A stretch of DNA of 46,899 nt from Spirochaetia bacterium (lineage in GTDB: Bacteria > Spirochaetota > Spirochaetia > SZUA-6 > Fen-1364). A model generated the notes under the pieces. It was not told the origin of the DNA. It was given only the letters and a program-made list of their open reading frames with translations, and made no database searches. Positions within the stretch are counted from its first letter, which is position 1; every line of letters begins with the position of its first letter. This document shows, one piece after another, positions 37,406 through 44,913 of this stretch. The stretch is taken from the NCBI GenBank assembly GCA_049515615.1, contig JBEKTX010000001.1:1-46899 (forward strand), read 5' to 3'. The position numbers and the translations under genes are program-made.

Positions 37406-37445
37406 GGCGCTCACGGGAGTCTTCTTCTCGTGGGCGCCTCTTTTT
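37406..37445 (+). terminator. rho-independent terminator after the P-II gene
   Basis: 10-bp stem GGCGCTCACG / CGTGGGCGCC (one G-U pair), 13-nt loop, followed by TCTTTTT. Confidence 0.7.
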
Positions 37446-37460
37446 CCCAGGTTGAAAGAC

Positions 37461-37877
37461 ATGAAAGCCTCGGACAATGTTGAGCAGGAACTGGATTATG
37501 CCCGATCGCGAATTCTCAAGAACCTGGAAGAAGGGCAGAATCTTCTGAATCGCATGAGGAAGCGTCCCCCGTGTGTTTTGAAAGAGCTCGTCATCATGCG
37601 TTCCTGCTACAGCAGGGAACAAGCGGCTTTCGAAAAACCGGCGGAACGACTTCGCTCCCTGCTGTCCGAGGAGCAGTTCGTCTACAGGTGGAACTATTCT
37701 CTCGTTCTTCTTTTAAATCTCAGCAATCAATTTCGTTCGGGCCGCACGGCGATGAAAAACGGTGATTTCGAGAACACGCTCGCTCTCTCCGTCAAGGCAC
37801 GAAAGCTCTACGTGGAAGGCAGACTATGGAAAGCCGCTGATCTGGTCACGAAGATCATCAACGATCTTTCGCCGTAA
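37461..37877 (+). CDS. hypothetical 138-aa protein, lower GC than surroundings
   Basis: Track ORF 37404..37877. The 37404 ATG lies inside the terminator stem, so ATG 37461 (MKASDNVEQELDYARSRIL...) is more likely. Predicted helical, no family recognised. Visibly AT-richer than its neighbours. Confidence 0.45.
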   Translation: MKASDNVEQELDYARSRILKNLEEGQNLLNRMRKRPPCVLKELVIMRSCYSREQAAFEKPAERLRSLLSEEQFVYRWNYSLVLLLNLSNQFRSGRTAMKNGDFENTLALSVKARKLYVEGRLWKAADLVTKIINDLSP

Positions 37878-37931
37878 CGTAGATAAGCTTTCCCATGGGG
37901 TCTACGCCGCTCGAAGTCCTTCTGGTCAGCC

Positions 37932-37956
37932 TCGCGCCCCATTTTCACGGGCGCGA
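37932..37956. terminator. hairpin between convergent genes (possible bidirectional terminator)
   Basis: 8-bp stem TCGCGCCC / GGGCGCGA with a 9-nt loop. No strong T-run on either side. Confidence 0.35.
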
Positions 37957-37981
37957 TCTGCCTGAGGCACGAAACGGGTGT

Positions 37982-39013
37982 TCAGGGCTGCTCGCGGGGC
38001 ACCTTCACCTCGTCGTATATTGCATTCAGCAGGGAGGCGGTGCCGGGGGCGTCCTGGGCGATCTGCCAGATCATGATGCCGCTTCCAAGGTTGTGCGCGA
38101 GCCGCAGGGTTTTGTCGCGCAGAGTGGCGAATCCATTGTAGCTGAACTCCCCGGAGACATCCTTCCCCGGGGCATCCGCATCACCGGCGAAAATGCTCTT
38201 GAAGGCTCGAGAATGAAGGTCCTTGAGGCTCCGGCCATAGAAGGGCACGCCCAGAACTATTTTGGATGCCGGGGCATCGCGCTGATTCAGCCAGTAGAAC
38301 ATTGCCGCAAGGGCGAAATCATAGCTGGAATGCGATACCCCAGGCTGTTGATAATCGTCATCGTAGGCCATGACGTTGAGGAAGTCCACATCGGCGATGA
38401 CGCTGTCTCGAACGGCATTGCCATGGGCGGCATCAGCACTCACGGCGGCAGTGAGGAGCTTGCCTGCCTCATGGAGCCTTTCGGCGAGGGAGTGCATGAG
38501 CGCGGCATAGTTGTCGGCGGCGTCCAGGCCCGGAAACTCCCAGTCAATGTCGATGCCGTCGAGCTGGAAGTCAGCCACGAGGGAAAGGGTGTTGTCGATG
38601 AAAACAGAGGCGATGCCCGCTTCCGCGGCCACGGCTTCGAACGCATACGTCGAGCCTCCAAGGGATGCGAGAACCTTCACTCCGTGCGCGTGAGCGAGGG
38701 CAACGAGCTCGTTCAGCTTTTCGGGCTTCGCAACAGGCTCATAGCCGCCCTCCGTCGTCGGCTCCAGGAACGCGTAGTTGATGTGCGTCAGGGCCGGGTA
38801 TTGGATGTCGGCGGGATCGCCCTCCCAGGACGGCATATAACCGACGATGCGGAAGTCCGGGGGAATTCGGAAACTCTCACCGACGATCGGGATGGGCACG
38901 TAGGAATGGGTGGTTGCACATCCTGCAAGCGCGAGAGAAATGCCGATGACTGTGAGAATGGCTGAAACGGCCCCTGGCCGAAGAGAACCGCAGCGCTCGG
39001 GACTCTTCCCCAT
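37982..39013 (-). CDS. GH18 glycoside hydrolase (chitinase-like) lipoprotein
   Basis: Lipobox LALAGC. Catalytic DxxDxDxE motif in LDGIDIDWEFPG. RBS AAGGAGGA upstream of the ATG at 39013. Confidence 0.85.
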   Translation of the reverse strand: MGKSPERCGSLRPGAVSAILTVIGISLALAGCATTHSYVPIPIVGESFRIPPDFRIVGYMPSWEGDPADIQYPALTHINYAFLEPTTEGGYEPVAKPEKLNELVALAHAHGVKVLASLGGSTYAFEAVAAEAGIASVFIDNTLSLVADFQLDGIDIDWEFPGLDAADNYAALMHSLAERLHEAGKLLTAAVSADAAHGNAVRDSVIADVDFLNVMAYDDDYQQPGVSHSSYDFALAAMFYWLNQRDAPASKIVLGVPFYGRSLKDLHSRAFKSIFAGDADAPGKDVSGEFSYNGFATLRDKTLRLAHNLGSGIMIWQIAQDAPGTASLLNAIYDEVKVPREQP

Positions 39014-39031
39014 GCCGTCCTCCTTTCCGGC

Positions 39032-40006
39032 TCATTCATGTCCTTCCATAACAGGCCCATTGTCAAGCCTCGGCGTGATCGTCTCGATTCCTTCACCCGC
39101 CAGGAGCAGTATCTCCGGCCTGTATTCGAAATGCATTGTGTCAAAAAAGAGCCATTTGCCGCCCCAGACGAAACCGTGGCGCTCGAAAGCGGCGACAACC
39201 GGCTGCGGGACAGACCAGCGCCGCTCGTAGGGAGTTGCCCACCACCGATCATCCCCGTCCATTACCCAGCGCCAGTAAGGGGCCTTGCCGGCGTAGCTTT
39301 TGGGGATCAAGTCGACGGCCAGGCCGTAACTGTGATAGCTCCTGGAGAAGGTCCCCGCCACGTCGCGATAATTGAAGCCGTCGATCTCCGCGAGTCCCGC
39401 AAGAAAGTCAGCTGTCTGCGGATCCGAGCTGCGCAAGGCTTCACAATCAACAGCCACGTCGTGAAGGGCTCCGGCGATGCGTTCGTGTACTTGAACAGAG
39501 AAGCCAAGGAAATCCACGCGTACGATTCTTTTCAGAGTTTCCGCGCGTGAACGGGCCATGAAGAGTCTCTCCAGAAAAACCTCTGAACGACGCGGCGGAT
39601 GGGCCCGGGAGGTTTCCAGGGTTTTCTTGAGCCTTGCAGCGCTCTCAGCATCAAGGTTCGGGAGAGGGGGGAGCTCCCCCAGTGAGTAGCGGTAGAAGCG
39701 GTATCCTGCGTACTTCTCCCAGTCTCCACGTTCCGCCTGGGGAAGGAGCCGGCCGTGCGACCAGAAAAACCACTCTCTATCAAGTTGAAGCGCCCAGTCA
39801 CCATCGCGAGAAGCCGCGCTGCTGATCCTGTCGGAATAGGCTTCGGCAAGGGCCTTGATTTCCCCCTCACCCGTGCTTTGCGGGCCGGGCGCGGGAAAAA
39901 GATCCACGCCCTGGGCCGCGGCAGTTCCCGCGATCCCGGTGAACAGGGACAACGTGACGCAAATCCAGACACTGCCGAACCTTCCGCGCGGCATTGGAAT
40001 TTTCAC
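39032..40006 (-). CDS. secreted M15-family metallopeptidase (VanY / D-Ala-D-Ala carboxypeptidase-like)
   Basis: Signal peptide ...SLFTGIAGTAAAQG. Zn ligand contexts SYHSYGLAVDL and FDTMHFEY. The start is GTG 40006 or ATG 39994. Confidence 0.8.
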   Translation of the reverse strand: MKIPMPRGRFGSVWICVTLSLFTGIAGTAAAQGVDLFPAPGPQSTGEGEIKALAEAYSDRISSAASRDGDWALQLDREWFFWSHGRLLPQAERGDWEKYAGYRFYRYSLGELPPLPNLDAESAARLKKTLETSRAHPPRRSEVFLERLFMARSRAETLKRIVRVDFLGFSVQVHERIAGALHDVAVDCEALRSSDPQTADFLAGLAEIDGFNYRDVAGTFSRSYHSYGLAVDLIPKSYAGKAPYWRWVMDGDDRWWATPYERRWSVPQPVVAAFERHGFVWGGKWLFFDTMHFEYRPEILLLAGEGIETITPRLDNGPVMEGHE

Positions 40007-40851
40007 TTCCCGTCGAACAGCCCGCGCTCCCGCAGGCGTTCGATCGTGAGCGGCGCGCTCCCCTCGAAGTGATTGTTGATGTTGAGGTAGACAGTAAGGC
40101 TGCGGTCCCGCATATCCCGCATCATATCCAGCAGCCGGGCAAGATCATCATCCTTCGGCGCGATGATCCGGTCCCAACTCTCCCCGGTCAATTTTTCCAT
40201 TCCTTCCCTGTCAGGGCCGTGCAGCCGCACAACCGCGGAATCGCGCACGAGCCCGCCGAATCTCTGCCAGGTCTCAAAAATCGAAGGCATGTAATACCCC
40301 TGCAGAAAGACGTGAGAAAGGCGCCTTTCCGCCAGGAATTGAAAGTAGCGCTGGTCGACCCAGCGGGGATTCCGCGGCTCCACGGCAATGGGAAGTGTCC
40401 GGGGAGCCGCATCGAAGAACCTGCCCAGGAGTTGAAGGAACTCTTCCTGGGATGCCATCTTCTGCCTGTTCAGATATTCGAATTGCAGCATGAGCATCCC
40501 GATCTTCGGCGTGAGGGCTTCCAATCTCGAAAGCACCTCCTGAAAAAGGGGAACCGAGAGGAAATCGGGATTCGGCCTCAGGGCCCTCTCGCCTTTTTTC
40601 GGGTAGAAGTGCGTGAGGGAAAGAGTATTGGGAAGTTTGATGGTGAAGCGAAAGCCGTCCGGCGTCACCGAGGCATACTGGGCAGCGGTCGCGGGCTCCG
40701 GCGGCGCCCAGAACCATTGGTCGACCTCCACCGTATTGTAGCGTGCCGCGTACTCGGAGAGGTAATCGATGCCGGTGGCCTTCGAGTAGACGAGGCCCTT
40801 CCATGAAGGATATTTCCAGCTGCAGGTACCGACACGGAGCGTCGAGCCCAT
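40003..40851 (-). CDS. DUF72 (YecE-like) family protein
   Basis: MGSTLRVGTCSWKYPSWKGLVYS...YLSEYAARYNTVEVDQWFW...FEYLN...EPRNPRW is typical of DUF72. Confidence 0.85.
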   Translation of the reverse strand: MGSTLRVGTCSWKYPSWKGLVYSKATGIDYLSEYAARYNTVEVDQWFWAPPEPATAAQYASVTPDGFRFTIKLPNTLSLTHFYPKKGERALRPNPDFLSVPLFQEVLSRLEALTPKIGMLMLQFEYLNRQKMASQEEFLQLLGRFFDAAPRTLPIAVEPRNPRWVDQRYFQFLAERRLSHVFLQGYYMPSIFETWQRFGGLVRDSAVVRLHGPDREGMEKLTGESWDRIIAPKDDDLARLLDMMRDMRDRSLTVYLNINNHFEGSAPLTIERLRERGLFDGK

Positions 40852-40871
40852 GGGTCAATGGCCGGGGCTGC

Positions 40872-41822
40872 TCACTGCATGATAAATCGAGCGATCCGGT
40901 TATTGCCGGAATCCGTGACATAGGTCCACCCGCTGAACACGAGAACCGCGGCAGGGCTATTGAACTGATCCTCGCCGCCGCCCAGGGTGCCAAACGTGAC
41001 CCAGTTGGCGCCGCTCATGTCGTCGAAGCGCACGATCCGGTTGTTGCCGGAATCCGCGACATAGATGCGCCCAGACGCGTCCAACGCAATGCCGGCGGGC
41101 GTGTTGAACTGTCCGGTGCCGGCTCCACTGCCGGGGCCGCCGAGAGTGGTCCAGTTGGCTCCCGTCATGTCGTCCATGCGGACGATCCGGTTGTTGCCCC
41201 AGTCCGAGACGTAAATATGCCCGCTCGCGTCTACCACGGTTGTCGTCGGACTGTTGAACTGACCGGTGCCGCTGCCGCTTCCGGGGCCGCCGAGCACGAT
41301 CAGGTTGGCGCCGTTCAAGTTGTCCACGCGCGCTATTCGGTTGTTGAGATAATCCGTCACATAGATTCTACCGCTCGAATCCAGCGCGACACCCGTAGGC
41401 TGGTACGAAGGCCAGGTGCCCCAGGCGGTCCACCCCGTGCCGCTCATGTCGCTCATGCGCGCGATCCGACCATTGAACTGGTCCGCGACATAGATTTGCC
41501 CGCTCGCATCAAGGGTGATCCCCGTGGGCAGCCAGAACTGGCCGTTTCCGCTTTGCCCGCTCGGGGGCGTTCCGAGCGTGGTCCAATTAATGCCGTTCAT
41601 GTCGTCCATGCGCTCTATTCGGTTGTTGTTTTGATCCGCAACGTAAATGCGCCCGAGGGCATCCAGCTTGATGCCGGTCGGAGTGTGGAATTGATAAATG
41701 CCGCTGCCGCTGCCCGGCCCGCCGAGAGTCGTCCAGCCGGCTCCCAGAGGCAGCTGCAGTCTGCAGCCGAGAACCAGCAGGAGAAACAGGACACACAGAA
41801 GAGCGAGAAGCGGCTTTTTCAC
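40872..41822 (-). CDS. NHL-repeat six-bladed beta-propeller lipoprotein
   Basis: Six ~48-aa repeats (GxGxGQFNxPxGIALDASGRIYVAD.xNNRIVRMDDMxGxNWTTLG). Start is likely GTG 41822 (VKKPLLALLCVLFLLLVLGC, lipobox) preceded by GGAGG. The track ORF begins at GTG 41834. Confidence 0.85.
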   Translation of the reverse strand: MKKPLLALLCVLFLLLVLGCRLQLPLGAGWTTLGGPGSGSGIYQFHTPTGIKLDALGRIYVADQNNNRIERMDDMNGINWTTLGTPPSGQSGNGQFWLPTGITLDASGQIYVADQFNGRIARMSDMSGTGWTAWGTWPSYQPTGVALDSSGRIYVTDYLNNRIARVDNLNGANLIVLGGPGSGSGTGQFNSPTTTVVDASGHIYVSDWGNNRIVRMDDMTGANWTTLGGPGSGAGTGQFNTPAGIALDASGRIYVADSGNNRIVRFDDMSGANWVTFGTLGGGEDQFNSPAAVLVFSGWTYVTDSGNNRIARFIMQ

Positions 41823-41941
41823 ATCAACCTCCACGATGGTAATAGCTTACTCATTTGCTCAGCAACTCGTCAGGAATTCGTGCAGCGGCAGGCCGGAGGA
41901 GCGTGGATTCGGGCCCGCGTTTCGGCTACACTCGGTCCGTC

Positions 41942-44908
41942 GTGAAAAAGAAAAAAACAGTCGTCACCTCGCTCCGCAAGTCACTTTCCTACGAGCCTGT
42001 GGAGCTTGCCTTCGGCACGAGCGGCCTTCGCGGCCTGGTGAAGGACATCACCAATCTGGAGGCGTACGTCAGCGTCCGCGGTTTCCTCGCCTGGCTCCTG
42101 AAGGTAGGCGATATCGAGAAGAGGGGAACCGTGTTCGCCGCAGGGGACCTGCGGCCCAGCACGTCGTCGATCGTCCCCGATGAGGGCTTTCGAGGCGATA
42201 TCCTGCAGGCTGTCTGCCGCGCGGTGACGGACGCAGGGCTTCTCTTGTCGAATCTCGGGACCATCCCCACGCCGGCTCTCGTCCTGCACGCGATGCGGCA
42301 TTCAGCGCCCGGAATCATGGTGACGGGCAGTCACATTCCCTTCGACCGCAACGGCCTGAAGTTCACAAGGCCCGCCGGCGAAGTGTTGAAGTCGGATGAG
42401 CAGCCAATCCTTGCCGCTGTCGCCGAGGCGCGCCGGGCCGAATACGAAAGACCCTCCGAGCAGAGTATTTTCGACGAGCGGGGGATGCTCAGGCCGGAGA
42501 GCAGGGTGGCCATTCCCGAAACCGTGGCTGAAGCGGGGGAGGAATACGTCCATCGGTATGCCTCCGCGTTTCCCCGCGGGGCGCTGGCGGGAAAGCGTGT
42601 GCTGGTCTGGGAACACTCGGCCGTCGGCCGGGAGCTGCTCGCCCGGACGCTCGGAGAGCTTGGAGCCCAGGTGGTGACCGCGGGGCGGAGCGACACGTTC
42701 GTCCCCGTTGACACCGAGGCCGTGAACGAACCAATGCTTCGGTCTCTGCAGGCGATGGTCGATGCGAACGGCGGCGCGTCGCTCACGGCAGTGGTCTCCA
42801 CGGACGGCGACAGCGACCGTCCCCTCGTCCTTGCAGTGGATGCCGGCCGCGTGAGCTTCATACCGGGCGATCTTCTCGGAATCCTCGCGGCGCGGTTCCT
42901 CGGGGTCCGTCACGTCGCGGTTCCCATCAGCTGCAATGACGCGGTGGACGAGTTCTGCAGTGCCGCCGGCATCCAGCTTGTGAAGACCCGGATCGGCTCC
43001 CCTCACGTCATCGCCGCTCTGCGGGAGGCCGGCTGGGAGGGGAACGGGGGATTTCTCACCGCCTCACCCTTGACGGTGCGGGGAGGCGGCACTCTGTCCC
43101 CTCTGCCCACGCGGGATGCGTTCCTGCCGATTCTCTGCGCCCTGGCATCCTCGCTGGCCCGGGACTTTCTGCCGAAGAGGTTCGGTCGATCCTTGGTGCT
43201 TCGGGAATTCCCCATGAGCTCGGCGCGGGAGATCATGCGCTGGCTCACGCCCTCGGACTCTTCCATCGCGGAGGCTGCCTTCACACCTTCCGGGCTCAGC
43301 GTGCGGAACACGGATGGAACGGAGCGGATGCTGGAGTCCACCGATGCGCTGGTGGAGGAGATCACTGGGATACGGGCGGGAATCGACAGGTACTTCGTCC
43401 CTGCTGACGGCTTCACCGAGGTCGAACGGATCAACTGGCTCGACGGGGTGCGCGTGCGCTTTTCCTCCCGCGACGTGGCGCACCTGAGGCCCTCGGGGAA
43501 CGCCCCCGAGATGCGCTTCTATACGAACGCTGACACGCTGGAGCGGGCGGAAGCCATTGCGCGGCTCGGAGTTGCAGATGACGGGGTCCTGCGCCGCATG
43601 GCGCGGGACGCGGCGGACCGGATGGCCATTGCGAGCTACAGGGGCACGCCGCGGCCTCTCCCGCTGTTTGGCGTGATCCAGCACTATGCATGGGGCGGGC
43701 GCGAGCTCATCCCCGGACTTCTCGGCATCGTCAACACCGCGAATCAACCATGCGCCGAGCTGTGGATGGGTGCGCATCCCCGCGGGGCGGCGCAGGTGGA
43801 GATCGACGGGACGCGCATGACCCTGGACCGGCTGATTGCCGCCGATCCGTGGCTCACGCTCGGCCACGCGGTCGCGCTGCGCTTCGCGGGCCGTCTCCCG
43901 TACCTCTTCAAGGTGCTGGACGTGCGGGACATGGCATCGATCCAGGCCCATCCTTCCCAGGCGCAGGCGGAGGAGGGATTTGCCCGGGAGACAGCGGCAG
44001 CGATCCCCATCGATGCCCCGAACCGCACCTACCGCGATGAGAACCACAAGCCCGAGGTCCACGTCGTGCTCACTGACTTCTGGATGCTGCACGGGTTCCG
44101 ACCCCTCGAGGAAATGTTCGAAGTATTCGGGTCGGAAAAGGAGCTTTCACCGATCCTCTCCGGATTCCCGGAGAAGCTGAGCGCGGCGGGACGGCAGCCC
44201 GAGGCCCGGCAGGCTCTCCTGCGCGAGCTGTACCGCCAGGTCATGACCATGCCGCAGTTCGAGGTGGATGGAATCCTGGACCCCCTCGTCTCCCGGTTGG
44301 AGGCGGAGGAATCGGCCGGCCAGCTCGGCAAGGGCCATCCCGGCTTCTGGGCTCTTCGCGCGGCGCGCACGTTTCCGATCCCGGCCGGGCACCGCGACCG
44401 GGGGATCCTCTCGATCTACCTCCTCAACCTCGTCCACCTGCGGCCGGGGCAGGGGACATACCAGCCCGCGGGAACCCTGCATGCGTACCTTGAAGGCGCG
44501 GACGTGGAGCTCATGGCGAGCTCGGACAATGTCCTGCGCGGCGGGCTCACGCCGAAGCACGTCGATGTGCCCGAGCTGCTGGCCACGCTGGCCTTCCGGG
44601 AGGGGCCGCCGCCGATCCTGGAAGGCCGGGCGACGTCGGAGACCAGCCGTGAATTCGAGACGCCGGCGGAAGAGTTTGCGCTCGAACGGATCGAGATCGC
44701 CCCCGGAGTCCCGTATTCCGGAGGGCGGGAGCATAGTGCGGATACACTCATCGTGACCGAAGGGGCGGCGGCCGTTGTCGCCGCGGGGCGCACGCTCCTG
44801 CTCTCGCGGGGCGGCTGCGCGATCGTGCCGGCCGGCGTCCCCTACTCTCTTGCGGCCCGGGCCGCGAGCGCGGTGCTCTACAAGGCAGGGGTGCCGGCCC
44901 CTGACTGA
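41942..44908 (+). CDS. fusion protein: phosphomannomutase (alpha-D-phosphohexomutase) plus class I mannose-6-phosphate isomerase
   Basis: N-terminal half: FGTSGLRG, active-site MVTGSHIPFDRNG, Mg site STDGDSDRP, phosphate loop RPSGNAPEMR. C-terminal half: QHYAWGG, AELWMGAHP, LPYLFKVLDVRDMASIQAHP, ENHKPEVHVV, LMASSDNVLRGGLTPKH. There is no in-frame ATG near the 5' end. The start is uncertain: TTG 41855, GTG 41903 or GTG 41942. Confidence 0.85.
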   Translation: MKKKKTVVTSLRKSLSYEPVELAFGTSGLRGLVKDITNLEAYVSVRGFLAWLLKVGDIEKRGTVFAAGDLRPSTSSIVPDEGFRGDILQAVCRAVTDAGLLLSNLGTIPTPALVLHAMRHSAPGIMVTGSHIPFDRNGLKFTRPAGEVLKSDEQPILAAVAEARRAEYERPSEQSIFDERGMLRPESRVAIPETVAEAGEEYVHRYASAFPRGALAGKRVLVWEHSAVGRELLARTLGELGAQVVTAGRSDTFVPVDTEAVNEPMLRSLQAMVDANGGASLTAVVSTDGDSDRPLVLAVDAGRVSFIPGDLLGILAARFLGVRHVAVPISCNDAVDEFCSAAGIQLVKTRIGSPHVIAALREAGWEGNGGFLTASPLTVRGGGTLSPLPTRDAFLPILCALASSLARDFLPKRFGRSLVLREFPMSSAREIMRWLTPSDSSIAEAAFTPSGLSVRNTDGTERMLESTDALVEEITGIRAGIDRYFVPADGFTEVERINWLDGVRVRFSSRDVAHLRPSGNAPEMRFYTNADTLERAEAIARLGVADDGVLRRMARDAADRMAIASYRGTPRPLPLFGVIQHYAWGGRELIPGLLGIVNTANQPCAELWMGAHPRGAAQVEIDGTRMTLDRLIAADPWLTLGHAVALRFAGRLPYLFKVLDVRDMASIQAHPSQAQAEEGFARETAAAIPIDAPNRTYRDENHKPEVHVVLTDFWMLHGFRPLEEMFEVFGSEKELSPILSGFPEKLSAAGRQPEARQALLRELYRQVMTMPQFEVDGILDPLVSRLEAEESAGQLGKGHPGFWALRAARTFPIPAGHRDRGILSIYLLNLVHLRPGQGTYQPAGTLHAYLEGADVELMASSDNVLRGGLTPKHVDVPELLATLAFREGPPPILEGRATSETSREFETPAEEFALERIEIAPGVPYSGGREHSADTLIVTEGAAAVVAAGRTLLLSRGGCAIVPAGVPYSLAARAASAVLYKAGVPAPD

Positions 44909-44913
44909 AGCCC

